A stretch of 64,000 bases of DNA from an uncultured Spirochaetales bacterium (GTDB lineage: Bacteria; Spirochaetota; Spirochaetia; CAYLLE01): contig CAZUAE010000014.1 in the NCBI GenBank assembly GCA_964618265.1, positions 4 through 64,003 on the forward strand, read 5' to 3'. How positions within the stretch are numbered: the stretch's first letter is position 1; the number at the start of each line of letters is the position of its first letter. The translations under genes and the position numbers were made by a program. Below the pieces are notes generated by a model. It searched no databases. It was not told where the DNA came from and saw only the letters and a program-made list of their open reading frames with translations. This document shows, piece after piece, positions 29,965-39,748 of this stretch.

Positions 29965-32842
29965 CATTACTATTATACAGCAAGGTTTCAGGATGCTTAA
30001 GAAACGGTACCAGCATCTCTTTAGTTTTTTGAGGAATCCCTTCCCACAATTTGTTTCTTTCTGTTTTTTCCGCCTTAACAAGAATCGCCGACAATACCCG
30101 CAGAAGAGCATTTACCATACCTGCTGTTTTCATCGATATGTTGTATTTTTGTGAATACTGGAAATCCTCATTGACAGCTGCAAATATTATGTCCCGCAGC
30201 ACAGCATTCCACTTGATAAAACTTTCTTCAGATTCCGGATGAGACAGTATCTCCTTTATCCGAGTCCGGAAGTCCGGCATGATATATCTGTCCATTATAT
30301 CGGGATCAAAAGTTTTTTTCCGGATGACTTCAGCCTCATAACGGAACCTTTCGGCTAAGTTACGGAGCCACTCAAAATAAGAGGCAATTACTCCGCCGCT
30401 GTTGGCAAGAAAATCGTACAGGACCGTTATTCCGCGCTCCCGCAAAACACGCTCCGCTTTAGTGGTATTCGGTCCATTACTACCGCAGGCCTCTAATTTA
30501 GTCTGTATATTCGGCGCATTTTCCGCGGTCACTGCATTTTCCAAAGCAGCGGGGATGAGGATGTCGCAGGGGTATTCCAATATCTCCGAACCCTCTTTGG
30601 CGCCCGGTATCTTCTTGGATACATTATTTTTGCATCCGAAAGCACTTCCCGATTCCTTTACCGAGGCAAGGATCTCTTCTGGATCGAGATTATTACCAAT
30701 TACAGCTCCTTCTCTATCGGCAACTGCTATAATATTGACCCCATATCGATCAAGCTCTTTTATGACAGATCCTCCAACCTTTCCGGTTCCCTGTACTATG
30801 ACTTTTCTTCCCCGAAGAAGTTTTGGAAGAACTTCGGTATCAAGCTTTTTCCATTCCGAATCGGCAAGAAAGCTTTGGGCATTATTTTGAAAGGTTTTTT
30901 CTGTAATAGAAGCAGCTTTTTCTAATAATTTTCTGTCTTTATCGGTTATTTCACCCAGATCTTCCCATTTCCCATGGATAAACATGTTTATTACAGCAAC
31001 CAAAATGCTGTAGCATAATCCCCGCCCCGTTGCCCCGTTCCGGACCTTAACCCCCATCCGAGGTTTTCCTGTAATCTGCGCTGCCGTTACAAGCTCCAGG
31101 TATTGCTCATTCATGCACAAGGCCTGAAGAACATCTTCGTCACGGTAATCGATATCAAAATGCTCCCAGAGAATTTTTCGTACATGTCCTAAAGGAATTA
31201 CTTTATTACCCATAAAAGCCACACCTTGTTTTAAACCAAAGGCGATTAAAGCAAGGTCTCTCAGCGCGGATTTGTAGCCCTCAAACATATGACCAATCTC
31301 TGCCGGTCCACACCCCACATCTCCTGCCGGAACATCTTTTGAGGGGCCGGTTACCAAGAACAAAGAACGGCCGAAGTTTGTAAGGGTATCAATAAAATCA
31401 GTGGGGTTATCTTTAAAATCAACGGGATTTAGTTTCAGTCCTCCCTTACTCCCGCCGAAAAGTATTTTTGCCCGGGCGCACTTCCAAGTCATCATAAAGG
31501 CCAAAGCTGATACTTCGGAAAATTCCACGATATTATCAATTCTAAGACCTCCTTTATTTGTACCACGCACCGAATTATGCTTTGTTCTAAAGCCCTCAGT
31601 ATTGGTTTGGAATCCTTTATATATTCTTCTCACCCAGAACTCGTCAAAAGCTTCAAATCCTATCAATTTTGACATTATATCAGTACTTTCAGAAAGTTCC
31701 GTAAAGCTAAGTGCTTCATGAAAATCGCTAAAAACATTGAGCAGGTACGAGCCGAACTCCTGCGTCAGGTCGGTATTACAATTTTTTTCTATTAAACGCT
31801 TTAAATCCCTATAACCAGCGGGGCTTTTTCCCCGGAGAGAGCTTATTTTTCTTATAATGTACTCTAAACGGTCTTCTATTGTTTCTTCCTGTTCCGGAGT
31901 TTTCTCAATAACTAAATCGTTTCTGGAGAGTACCGCTTTTTTAATGTCCTCAAAATCCAGGTCCTCCATAAGATACACCGTAAGAATACCAACGGCATTT
32001 TCCCTGTTTTCCGTTTCGAACGTATCAAAATAGCTGCGGTTGATATTGATAAGTTTGTCCCGGAATATGCTGATTGCTTTCTGAACGAATGCTTTTCCCG
32101 GGTTTTTAATTCCGATGTAGAATCTATGTTCATTGGGGATTAATTTCTCGTTTTCATCATCTATCTCGCTTTCCGTATCTTCATATCCCACTACGATTCC
32201 TGAATCATTGGACATTACTTTTTCAAATATCCTCTGATGTCTTACTATACGACGCGGGTAGGTAAAGCTGTTCAATTCTTCATTGAGATAGTTCTTGGGA
32301 AGACTCTCTAAAAATTCTTTCGTGTGTATATACCCGGCTTTTTTTGCGAAGAGTACTAATTCTTTTTTCAGTTCAGCAACTTCGTTCAATTCTTGTTCCG
32401 AAAGGAAAAAACGGCGCCTTCCCCTTTTTTCTATAGTCACAATTCTTATTCCGGATCGGGTATTTACTGAATCGAAGGCAACTATTCCCTGCTCAACATT
32501 TTCATCTATAATTTTTGCGAGTTTTCCGGGAAAATTTCTCCCCACATTTAAGAAGTAAGTAATAGCTTTTCCATCATCACTTATTTGTTCCAGATATTCT
32601 GTTTGAGCCGTTAACAGTTGTGTAGTGATAAAAATATGAGAAGCTATTTCTCCTGAAGAATTGGAATGGAAGTACCAATTAGGTAAAAAATCGTCGGCGA
32701 AGTAATTATCAGCGACCTTTTCAGCCCTGTTTACATCCATCATGTAAGATGTTTCTAAAATATCAAGAACGGCGTGCTTGAGTTTATCCATCCTGATTTC
32801 ACGTCTTTCTAAGTAAGTTTTAATATAGGGATAATTCTGCAT
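29933..32842 (-). CDS. gdh: Large (969 aa) NAD-type glutamate dehydrogenase with ~450-aa N-terminal extension
   Basis: Glu/Leu/Phe/Val dehydrogenase catalytic signatures (KGGLRID, GGSKGG, GPSKDVPAGDVG) and a Rossmann-type GTGKVGGSV NAD-binding domain. Overlaps the addA 3' end convergently by 32 nt. Confidence 0.75.
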   Translation of the reverse strand: MQNYPYIKTYLERREIRMDKLKHAVLDILETSYMMDVNRAEKVADNYFADDFLPNWYFHSNSSGEIASHIFITTQLLTAQTEYLEQISDDGKAITYFLNVGRNFPGKLAKIIDENVEQGIVAFDSVNTRSGIRIVTIEKRGRRRFFLSEQELNEVAELKKELVLFAKKAGYIHTKEFLESLPKNYLNEELNSFTYPRRIVRHQRIFEKVMSNDSGIVVGYEDTESEIDDENEKLIPNEHRFYIGIKNPGKAFVQKAISIFRDKLININRSYFDTFETENRENAVGILTVYLMEDLDFEDIKKAVLSRNDLVIEKTPEQEETIEDRLEYIIRKISSLRGKSPAGYRDLKRLIEKNCNTDLTQEFGSYLLNVFSDFHEALSFTELSESTDIMSKLIGFEAFDEFWVRRIYKGFQTNTEGFRTKHNSVRGTNKGGLRIDNIVEFSEVSALAFMMTWKCARAKILFGGSKGGLKLNPVDFKDNPTDFIDTLTNFGRSLFLVTGPSKDVPAGDVGCGPAEIGHMFEGYKSALRDLALIAFGLKQGVAFMGNKVIPLGHVRKILWEHFDIDYRDEDVLQALCMNEQYLELVTAAQITGKPRMGVKVRNGATGRGLCYSILVAVINMFIHGKWEDLGEITDKDRKLLEKAASITEKTFQNNAQSFLADSEWKKLDTEVLPKLLRGRKVIVQGTGKVGGSVIKELDRYGVNIIAVADREGAVIGNNLDPEEILASVKESGSAFGCKNNVSKKIPGAKEGSEILEYPCDILIPAALENAVTAENAPNIQTKLEACGSNGPNTTKAERVLRERGITVLYDFLANSGGVIASYFEWLRNLAERFRYEAEVIRKKTFDPDIMDRYIMPDFRTRIKEILSHPESEESFIKWNAVLRDIIFAAVNEDFQYSQKYNISMKTAGMVNALLRVLSAILVKAEKTERNKLWEGIPQKTKEMLVPFLKHPETLLYNSNAKDVLEELGV

Positions 32843-34049
32843 CTTTTTCCTCGTCTTTTTTTTCGTATGCCGGGATTCCTCTGATCCATGTCTTTATTAT
32901 ATTCAATTTATTATCCGCAAGAATCAAATCAGCATCATATCCAAGTTTTATTTGTCCCTTTTTTTCCGCGCCTATTACTCCCGCGGGATTTTTAGAAGCC
33001 ATTGCTGCCGCTCTGGGCAGAGAAAGATTCAATAGTTTTACCGCGTTTTTAACCGCAAAATCCATGGTCAACCCGCTTCCCGCCAGCCCGCCCGGCGATG
33101 GAGAGTTTTCAGTACCCCTGGCAGGACCTCCCGGATACGCAATCTCTATCTCTCTGCCGCCAATACCGGTATACCTTCCTGGAGGTAATCCGGCTCCTAA
33201 ATTAGCGTCCGTCACCAAGCTGACACCGGAAACGCCTTTACATGCCAAGGCAGCTTTAACAGCTAGAGGGTGGACATGTTCTCCATCCAGAATAAAATCA
33301 ACTGAAACGCGCGGATCAGCAAGAATAGCTTCAACAGCGCCTGCAGGCCTAACTCCGGGATCTTTTTCCGGCGGAGGCGGAAACACATCGTAAAAATGGG
33401 TTGCATGGCTTGCACCATTTTCTATTGCCCGTTGAGTCTGCTCAGGGTCAGCAGAAGTGTGGGTAATAAAAACCTTAGAACCCCGGCTGACTATCTCAGC
33501 AACAAAACGGTCTGCGCCTTCTATCTCCGGAGAAACGGCAAACACCAACGGCAGTTTCTCTGAAGCATCCATGAGCATCTTAAGGCGCTGAATAGATTTA
33601 GGTTCTAAGGCATCGGGATTTATAGCGCCTGTTAGGGCAATGAAGGGCCCCTCAAGGAAATAACCTAGGACGTCGGCAAGCCCCGCGGTGTTTGAAGAAT
33701 GAGACACCATTTCTTTCAAAAATTTTACATCCTCACTAAATTTTCTCGGAACCAGAGTTGGTAAAAAGGCGGTAACTCCATATCGAGGAAGAAGAGACCG
33801 GATGGATGACAAATCATCCGGCCCTCTATCTAGCAGACTGTTTCCAACACCATGGATGTGAAGATCGATGAATCCCGGGAGGAGATAATTCCCTTCACCG
33901 TCAATACAGATGATATCATCAGTAACATTCGATATTTTATCAATCCTATGGATAGAACCGTTTTTTATTACCACCGACATGCCGGGTATAATTTTCTCCG
34001 CATCTACATCAACAATCCGTACGTTTTTTACACAAAAACCGGTGTTCAT
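32820..34049 (-). CDS. nagA: N-acetylglucosamine-6-phosphate deacetylase (amidohydrolase superfamily)
   Basis: PGFIDLHIHG metal-binding motif, SHATHFYDVF (NagA H-A-T-H), LVTDAN. Overlaps the gdh start by 23 nt (operon). Confidence 0.75.
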   Translation of the reverse strand: MNTGFCVKNVRIVDVDAEKIIPGMSVVIKNGSIHRIDKISNVTDDIICIDGEGNYLLPGFIDLHIHGVGNSLLDRGPDDLSSIRSLLPRYGVTAFLPTLVPRKFSEDVKFLKEMVSHSSNTAGLADVLGYFLEGPFIALTGAINPDALEPKSIQRLKMLMDASEKLPLVFAVSPEIEGADRFVAEIVSRGSKVFITHTSADPEQTQRAIENGASHATHFYDVFPPPPEKDPGVRPAGAVEAILADPRVSVDFILDGEHVHPLAVKAALACKGVSGVSLVTDANLGAGLPPGRYTGIGGREIEIAYPGGPARGTENSPSPGGLAGSGLTMDFAVKNAVKLLNLSLPRAAAMASKNPAGVIGAEKKGQIKLGYDADLILADNKLNIIKTWIRGIPAYEKKDEEKDAELSLY

Positions 34050-34068
34050 CGTATCTTTTCCTTTACCG

Positions 34069-34722
34069 CTATACAGATATTATCTTACTGAAAAATGCTT
34101 TCAATTCATTGAAGTTATCAAAATCAGCTAAATCAGCATAATTTTTAGAAATGGAATCCGGTGCTTTGAATAGAGCCTGATGATCAGCTGCCATAAGCAT
34201 GGGAATATCATTATACGAATCCCCCACCGCGATAACATCAAATCCCATGTCTTTGAAACCAAGTACTGCGTTATATTTTCCATTCCGGTGACGGAGGCGG
34301 AAATCAGTAATGACACCTTGGGGATTGACTATAAGCTCATTACAGAAGAGGGTGGGCCAATTCAGTTTTTTCAGGATAGGGGGAGAAAACTGAATAAAAG
34401 TATCGGAAAGCAGAATCGTCTGGAGATTACCTCTGAGCCAATTCAAAAATTCCAAGGCTCCGGGTAGCGGGTCGATACGGGCCGCCACTGCTCTAAGCTG
34501 TTCTATCCCGATACCGGCTTCTTTTAGTACCCGTAATCTCATATACATCAGTTCATTGTAATCGCTTACATCACGGGTTGTTTTTTCTAATTCTGGAATT
34601 CCTGTCGCTTTAGCTACAGCGATCCAAATTTCGGGGATAATAACACCCTCTAAATCCAAACAAGCAAGTTGCATTATATCTTCCTTACTGAATCTTATAC
34701 CATATTGTGTTATGCTTCTCAA
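34069..34722 (-). CDS. thrH: ThrH-like HAD phosphatase (phosphoserine phosphatase / homoserine phosphotransferase family)
   Basis: Near-collinear recalled similarity to Pseudomonas ThrH: MQLACLDLEGV..PEIWIA, ILSDTF, AVGDSYNDIPML. Confidence 0.6.
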   Translation of the reverse strand: MRSITQYGIRFSKEDIMQLACLDLEGVIIPEIWIAVAKATGIPELEKTTRDVSDYNELMYMRLRVLKEAGIGIEQLRAVAARIDPLPGALEFLNWLRGNLQTILLSDTFIQFSPPILKKLNWPTLFCNELIVNPQGVITDFRLRHRNGKYNAVLGFKDMGFDVIAVGDSYNDIPMLMAADHQALFKAPDSISKNYADLADFDNFNELKAFFSKIISV

Positions 34723-34777
34723 GAATATAAGAGGAATTGCTCAGAATATAATAGGTTGATTCCAGTTTCAAGGAGGA

Positions 34778-35131
34778 TTGAATATGAAAAAAATCGCTCT
34801 ATTTGCTTTCAATGGTGATCCCATGTGTTTTATCCACGTGCTTCTGAACAGTATCGACATGCGGGAAAAAGGGTTTAATGTTGCTTTAGTTATTGAAGGA
34901 AGTGCTACCGCCCTGATTAAGGAGATGGATAAAGAAGGTCACAAATTATACGATCTATACCAACGGGTTAAAGAGAGCGGTATCATTGACTGTGTCTGCC
35001 GTGCCTGTTCACTTCAGATGAATTCCGTTGAATCAGCGGAACAGCAAAAGCTTCCGCTATGCGCGGAAATGCACGGGCACCCGTCTATGGCAAGCTATAT
35101 AGATGAAGGTTACGAAGTAATATCTTTTTAG
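34778..35131 (+). CDS. DsrE/DsrF-like (YchN-fold) small protein
   Basis: 117 aa. Pattern KIALFAFNGDP...GFNVALVIEGSA...IDCVCRACS resembles the DsrE/DsrF-like family. Weak assignment. Confidence 0.4.
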   Translation: MNMKKIALFAFNGDPMCFIHVLLNSIDMREKGFNVALVIEGSATALIKEMDKEGHKLYDLYQRVKESGIIDCVCRACSLQMNSVESAEQQKLPLCAEMHGHPSMASYIDEGYEVISF

Positions 35132-35183
35132 GTTGGGTATACCCAAAGCTACTGGGGAATCCTCATTTTATCTTAGGAAGAAG

Positions 35184-35212
35184 GCGATTCTAAATCGCAA
35201 ATTTAGAATCGC
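35184..35212. repeat. Perfect 12-bp-arm palindrome GCGATTCTAAAT-cgcaa-ATTTAGAATCGC (member of an ATTCTAAAT/ATTTAGAAT element family)
   Basis: Read directly from the sequence. Lies between convergent genes, 6 nt past the DUF72 stop. Shares its core with the elements at 58291 and 59651. Confidence 0.6.
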
Positions 35213-35217
35213 AGACC

Positions 35218-36033
35218 TTACTTAATAACGTATGCTTCTTTTTTTTCCAAAAGAAGCATATCCCTTAGTGTTTTACCATTCTTAACAGCTTTTCCTTTAT
35301 AATGATTATTAAAGGTAATTATAAGCAACTGTGTATCTGAAGCCATTGCCCAAATTTTTTCTACTATGTTCTGTAGTTCATCCCGGGAGTAAAGATAATC
35401 ATAACGGGAAGTATTAGTACCATTCCACCAGTTCTCCTTATTCCGTCCATGAAGCCTGAAATATCCTACCGAAGAAGTAACCTCAATCGCGGCAGAAGGA
35501 AGATTATGTAATTCCGGCATATCTGTAACCACATATCCGATCTTTTGATCCTTCATTTCAGAATAAACACTTTCATTTTGCCATTCCGCATTCCTAAATT
35601 CCAGAAAAAGAGGGAGTTCCTTAAACTTACTGGTCAATTCTCCCAAATACATTCTGTTCTTATCTTCATAATGGAAACTATAAGGAAACTGCAATAATAC
35701 TCCCGCGAGTTTTTGATGTTCCCGCATCGGTTCCATACCCCGGATAAAAAGATCCGCCTGTTTCTCCCAACTATGATCCACTTCATGAGTTAGGGCTTTA
35801 TGCCCCTTGATCGTAAAGAGAAAGCCATCCGGAGCCTTAGCAGTAATCCGTTCTATTGTTTTCGGTTCAGGCTGCTTATAATAGGAAAAGTTTAATTCTG
35901 TAAGGGAGAATAATGTGCTGTAGTAATCAAAATAATCGGAAGGTTTTGTTCCTTCCGGATAAACCGGGCCCACCCAATCCTTATAGGAGTAACCTGATGT
36001 TCCAATACGTATCTGTTTTTTTTTCATAAACAT
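35218..36033 (-). CDS. DUF72 (YecE-like) family protein
   Basis: N-terminal IRIGTSGYSYKDWVGPVYP is the DUF72 hallmark. Confidence 0.65.
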   Translation of the reverse strand: MFMKKKQIRIGTSGYSYKDWVGPVYPEGTKPSDYFDYYSTLFSLTELNFSYYKQPEPKTIERITAKAPDGFLFTIKGHKALTHEVDHSWEKQADLFIRGMEPMREHQKLAGVLLQFPYSFHYEDKNRMYLGELTSKFKELPLFLEFRNAEWQNESVYSEMKDQKIGYVVTDMPELHNLPSAAIEVTSSVGYFRLHGRNKENWWNGTNTSRYDYLYSRDELQNIVEKIWAMASDTQLLIITFNNHYKGKAVKNGKTLRDMLLLEKKEAYVIK

Positions 36034-36207
36034 CTATTGATATTATCATGATATATTTATATATTTACCATTCAATTAGAAAAAACGGGATAAGCAATCA
36101 CTTTTTTGTCTGCGCTTCAGCGGACTGTCCCCGAAAATATTAAAAATTAAACCGCAGGTTCGTTACTTGATAGGATAATAGTATACTATAATAAGAGGTA
36201 TTGGTAT

Positions 36208-38301
36208 ATGGCAATTGATACAACTAAAATGCGCAACATAGGTATAAGCGCTCATATTGATTCGGGTAAGACAACTCTCACCGAACGGATACTTTTCTAT
36301 TGCGAAAAGATCCATGCTATTCATGAGGTTCGGGGAAAAGACGGAGTCGGCGCCACTATGGATTCCATGGAATTGGAACGGGAGCGGGGAATAACAATTG
36401 CTTCGGCGTCGACCAATGTGACCTGGAAAAATCATCCCATTAATATAATCGATACCCCGGGTCATGTTGATTTCACCATAGAGGTGGAACGATCCCTCCG
36501 GGTATTGGATGGTGCAATCCTCGTACTCTGTTCCGTCGGAGGAGTTCAATCACAATCCATTACGGTGGACCGACAGCTGAGAAGGTACAACGTTCCTTTT
36601 ATTGCCTTTGTAAACAAATGCGACCGAACGGGAGCTAATCCTCTAAAAGTTAGAGACCAGTTGGAAGAAAAGTTAGGACACAACGCTGTTCTTATGCAGC
36701 TGCCTATAGGTTTGGAAGAAAACTTCCACGGCATTGTGGATCTTATATCCATGAAGGCCTACTATTTCGAAGGTACATTCGGAGAAGAATTACGAACCGA
36801 TGATATACCGGAAAACCTAAAGAAATTAGCATCAGAAAAACGGGAAGAAATGATCGATAAAACTTCCATGTTTTCCGACGAGTTAGCAGAAGCATATTTA
36901 GAGGGAAACGAAACAGAAGATCAAATAAGAGAGGCGGTACGGAAAGGGACGCTTTTGAGAAAGCTTGTACCGGTTTATTTAGGATCAGCCTATAAGAATA
37001 AGGGAGTACAGAATCTCCTCAATGCAATAATCGATTATCTTCCCAATCCGATGGAGGTTAAAAATACGGCCCTTGATCTTGATAATGATGAAGCACCGGT
37101 GGATCTTACTGTGGACCCCGCGGCATCAACCGTCGCTTTAGCTTTTAAATTGGAGGATGGTCCATACGGTCAATTAACTTATGTTAAAATCTATCAAGGA
37201 ACTATAAACAAGGGAGATGAACTGATAAACACTCGTTCCCAGAAAAAAATAAAAACTGGAAGACTCATAAGAATGCACGCGCATGCTATGGAGGATATTA
37301 ACGGCGCGGAGGCGGGTGATATTATAGCTGTATTCGGTATTGATTGCGCCTCGGGAGATACCTTTGTTTCCTCCAGTATCAATTATTCAATGACCTCAAT
37401 GTTTGTGCCGAATCCCGTTATTTCATTGGCAATTTATCCAAAGGAAAAAAAATCAGAAGATAAAATAAGCAAGGCAATTAATCGTTTTACAAAAGAAGAT
37501 CCTACCTTTAGAAGCTATGTAGATCCTGAATCTAATCAAACAATCATCCAGGGGATGGGAGAACTTCATCTTGATGTGTATCTTGAGAGGATGCGAAGGG
37601 AATACAAAGCTTCCGTGGAAACAGGTATGCCCCAGGTTGCGTACCGCGAAACTATCGGAGATCGTGCGGAATTTGATTATACCCATAAAAAACAGACAGG
37701 TGGTGCCGGACAGTTTGGCCGGATAGTAGGTTATATCGAACCCGGAGAGGAAAATGATTATGAATTTGATAATCAAATAAAAGGCGGTGCAATACCAACT
37801 GAATTTATCGGAGCCTGCGACAAAGGATTTAGAATAGCAGTAGAAAAAGGTACCCTGATAGGGTTCCCCATCATCAATGTAAAGGTTGTTATAAACGATG
37901 GGAACAGTCATCCTGTGGATTCTTCTGATATGGCGTTTCAGCAGGCAGCCATAGGCGCTTTTCGTCAAGCCTACGGCAAGGCTAAACCCCACATCTTAGA
38001 GCCGATCATGAAAGTAACCGTAGAAGGACCCTCAGAATTTCAAGGGAACTACTTCGCTTCTCTTAATCAGCGGCGGGGAATTATCATCAGTTCTACTGAG
38101 GATGATGTAAATGCCAGTGTTGAAGCAGAGGTTCCTTTAAGCGAGATGTTCGGCTACTCAACGACTCTAAGATCCCTTACTCAAGGTAAAGCAGAGTTCA
38201 GTATGGAATTTCTCAAGTACGGAAGAGTGCCTCAAAGTATTTCTGAAGAATTAATCAAAGAATTCGAAGAGAAAAAGAAAAAGGAAGCGGCAGCACGGTA
38301 A
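36208..38301 (+). CDS. fusA: Elongation factor G paralog (translational GTPase)
   Basis: G1 motif [10 protein letters not shown]3 DTPGHVDF, full five-domain EF-G length (697 aa). SD aagagg precedes the ATG. Confidence 0.85.
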   Translation: MAIDTTKMRNIGISAHIDSGKTTLTERILFYCEKIHAIHEVRGKDGVGATMDSMELERERGITIASASTNVTWKNHPINIIDTPGHVDFTIEVERSLRVLDGAILVLCSVGGVQSQSITVDRQLRRYNVPFIAFVNKCDRTGANPLKVRDQLEEKLGHNAVLMQLPIGLEENFHGIVDLISMKAYYFEGTFGEELRTDDIPENLKKLASEKREEMIDKTSMFSDELAEAYLEGNETEDQIREAVRKGTLLRKLVPVYLGSAYKNKGVQNLLNAIIDYLPNPMEVKNTALDLDNDEAPVDLTVDPAASTVALAFKLEDGPYGQLTYVKIYQGTINKGDELINTRSQKKIKTGRLIRMHAHAMEDINGAEAGDIIAVFGIDCASGDTFVSSSINYSMTSMFVPNPVISLAIYPKEKKSEDKISKAINRFTKEDPTFRSYVDPESNQTIIQGMGELHLDVYLERMRREYKASVETGMPQVAYRETIGDRAEFDYTHKKQTGGAGQFGRIVGYIEPGEENDYEFDNQIKGGAIPTEFIGACDKGFRIAVEKGTLIGFPIINVKVVINDGNSHPVDSSDMAFQQAAIGAFRQAYGKAKPHILEPIMKVTVEGPSEFQGNYFASLNQRRGIIISSTEDDVNASVEAEVPLSEMFGYSTTLRSLTQGKAEFSMEFLKYGRVPQSISEELIKEFEEKKKKEAAAR

Positions 38302-38317
38302 ATACCTTGATGGTTTC

Positions 38318-38350
38318 CATCCGGAGGCTTTGCCGACCGGATGTTTTATT
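38318..38350 (+). terminator. Intrinsic terminator downstream of the EF-G paralog
   Basis: CATCCGG-aggctttgccga-CCGGATG hairpin (inner GGC/GCC pairs) followed by TTTTATT. Read directly from the sequence. Confidence 0.6.
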
Positions 38351-38378
38351 AAATAACTTTCCAGGAGGATAAAACATA

Positions 38379-39089
38379 ATGGTAAGAACTGAATTGGTAA
38401 AAAGGAGCCCTTTACGCATTCTGGAAAAATCTATTCACGGCGGTGTGGGCGCGGGAAATATAGCAGTTATTGCGTCCCGCAAAGGGGTAGGGAAAACAGC
38501 TTGTCTTGTGCATATCGGGACCGATAGCCTTTTTCAGGGAAAGCATGTAATACACGTATCCTTTTCCGCCCGGACCGATCACATAATCAGTTGGTATGAA
38601 GATATTTTCAAGGAGATAGCGCGGCGCAGAAATCTTGATTCCGCCATGGATGTTCATGATGAAATAATCAAAAATCGGGTTATTATGAATTTTAATCAGG
38701 AAGCAATCAAACCGGAACAGATAATCAAGAGTATCCGGGCGATGATCACCGATGGAAATTTTGCGGCGGATCTCATTATTGTAGACGGATATGATTTTAA
38801 CCGGGGTAATCCATCAACCTTTAATCCCTTTAAATCCTTCGCGCAGGAATTGGGATTAACCGTTTGGTTCAGTTCTTCAGTAAGTCCGGAAGATCCTGTA
38901 GTTAAAACACAAAAGGGTATACCGGATATGCTGAAGCCTTATATGGATACCGTTTCGGTTCTTATTTCACTTACTCCAATAGATGATAAAGTGCGTTTAG
39001 AACTGAAAAAAGATCATGACCATATGGTTACTGATGATCTTCATTTGATGCTTGATTCAAAAAGTTTGCTTATAGCAGCGGAGGATTGA
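38379..39089 (+). CDS. KaiC/RadA-like RecA-superfamily ATPase, single domain (COG0467-like)
   Basis: Walker A GVGKT within GGVGAGNIAVIASRKGVGKTACLVHIG (KaiC/Rad51-like context), Walker B-like LIIVDGYD. SD ccaggagga precedes the ATG. Confidence 0.5.
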   Translation: MVRTELVKRSPLRILEKSIHGGVGAGNIAVIASRKGVGKTACLVHIGTDSLFQGKHVIHVSFSARTDHIISWYEDIFKEIARRRNLDSAMDVHDEIIKNRVIMNFNQEAIKPEQIIKSIRAMITDGNFAADLIIVDGYDFNRGNPSTFNPFKSFAQELGLTVWFSSSVSPEDPVVKTQKGIPDMLKPYMDTVSVLISLTPIDDKVRLELKKDHDHMVTDDLHLMLDSKSLLIAAED

Positions 39090-39092
39090 TTT

Positions 39093-39746
39093 TCATCTTG
39101 AACGGTCAACGCCGCGCTGTAAACATGAACTTAGTACCGCGCAGACGCTGCATTTAGGGGAAACCGGCATACAAACTCGTTTACCGTAAGCAACCAGAAT
39201 GGTATTTATGCTGATCCAGTATTTCCGGGGAAGTATCTTCATCAGGGCTTCTTCGGTTTGTTCCGGTGTATCCGTCTTGACCCACCCTAATCTGTTGGAA
39301 ATTCGGTGGACATGTGTGTCAACACAGATAGCATCTATGCCGAAACCCAAACCCCGTACCAGATTAGCGGTTTTCCTCCCTACACCCGGAAGAGATAGAA
39401 GATCTTCCATTCCTGAAGGAACTTTACCATCAAATTCATTAATAATCTTTCGAGCAGCTTCTTTTAGATTCCCTGCTTTAACCCGATAAAATCCCGCGGG
39501 ATAGATTAAATCGGCAATCCTCTTCTGAGATATTTTCACCAATGCATTAGGGGAATCGGCAATGCTGAAGAGCCGGTCAGAAGCAGCTGATGTCACTTCA
39601 TCTTTAGTCCTTAACGATATCATAGTAGCAATGAGTATTTTAAAGGGGGACCTATGCCTTGCAGCCACCTCCGTCACCGAAGGAGGCTCATGGATCTCAA
39701 GGCGATCTGCCATTTGCCTGAGCAGGATGTCCCAATCAATATTCAT
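39093..39746 (-). CDS. nth: Endonuclease III (HhH-GPD glycosylase/lyase with [4Fe-4S] cluster)
   Basis: HhH LPGVGRKTANLV with catalytic Lys, DTHVHRI, C-terminal Cys4 cluster CMPVSPKCSVCAVLSSC. Confidence 0.8.
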   Translation of the reverse strand: MNIDWDILLRQMADRLEIHEPPSVTEVAARHRSPFKILIATMISLRTKDEVTSAASDRLFSIADSPNALVKISQKRIADLIYPAGFYRVKAGNLKEAARKIINEFDGKVPSGMEDLLSLPGVGRKTANLVRGLGFGIDAICVDTHVHRISNRLGWVKTDTPEQTEEALMKILPRKYWISINTILVAYGKRVCMPVSPKCSVCAVLSSCLQRGVDRSR

Positions 39747-39748
39747 TA

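Noticed and set aside
36163-36549. 128-aa minus-strand ORF overlapping the 5' end of the EF-G paralog, and 37453..37992 (179 aa) inside it
   Set aside because: They are antisense to a highly conserved translational GTPase and have no domain signatures.
38379-39089. KaiC-like ATPase as a possible toxin-antitoxin or defence ATPase
   Set aside because: It has no adjacent small partner ORF, nuclease or effector domain. It is retained only as a low-to-moderate-interest observation.
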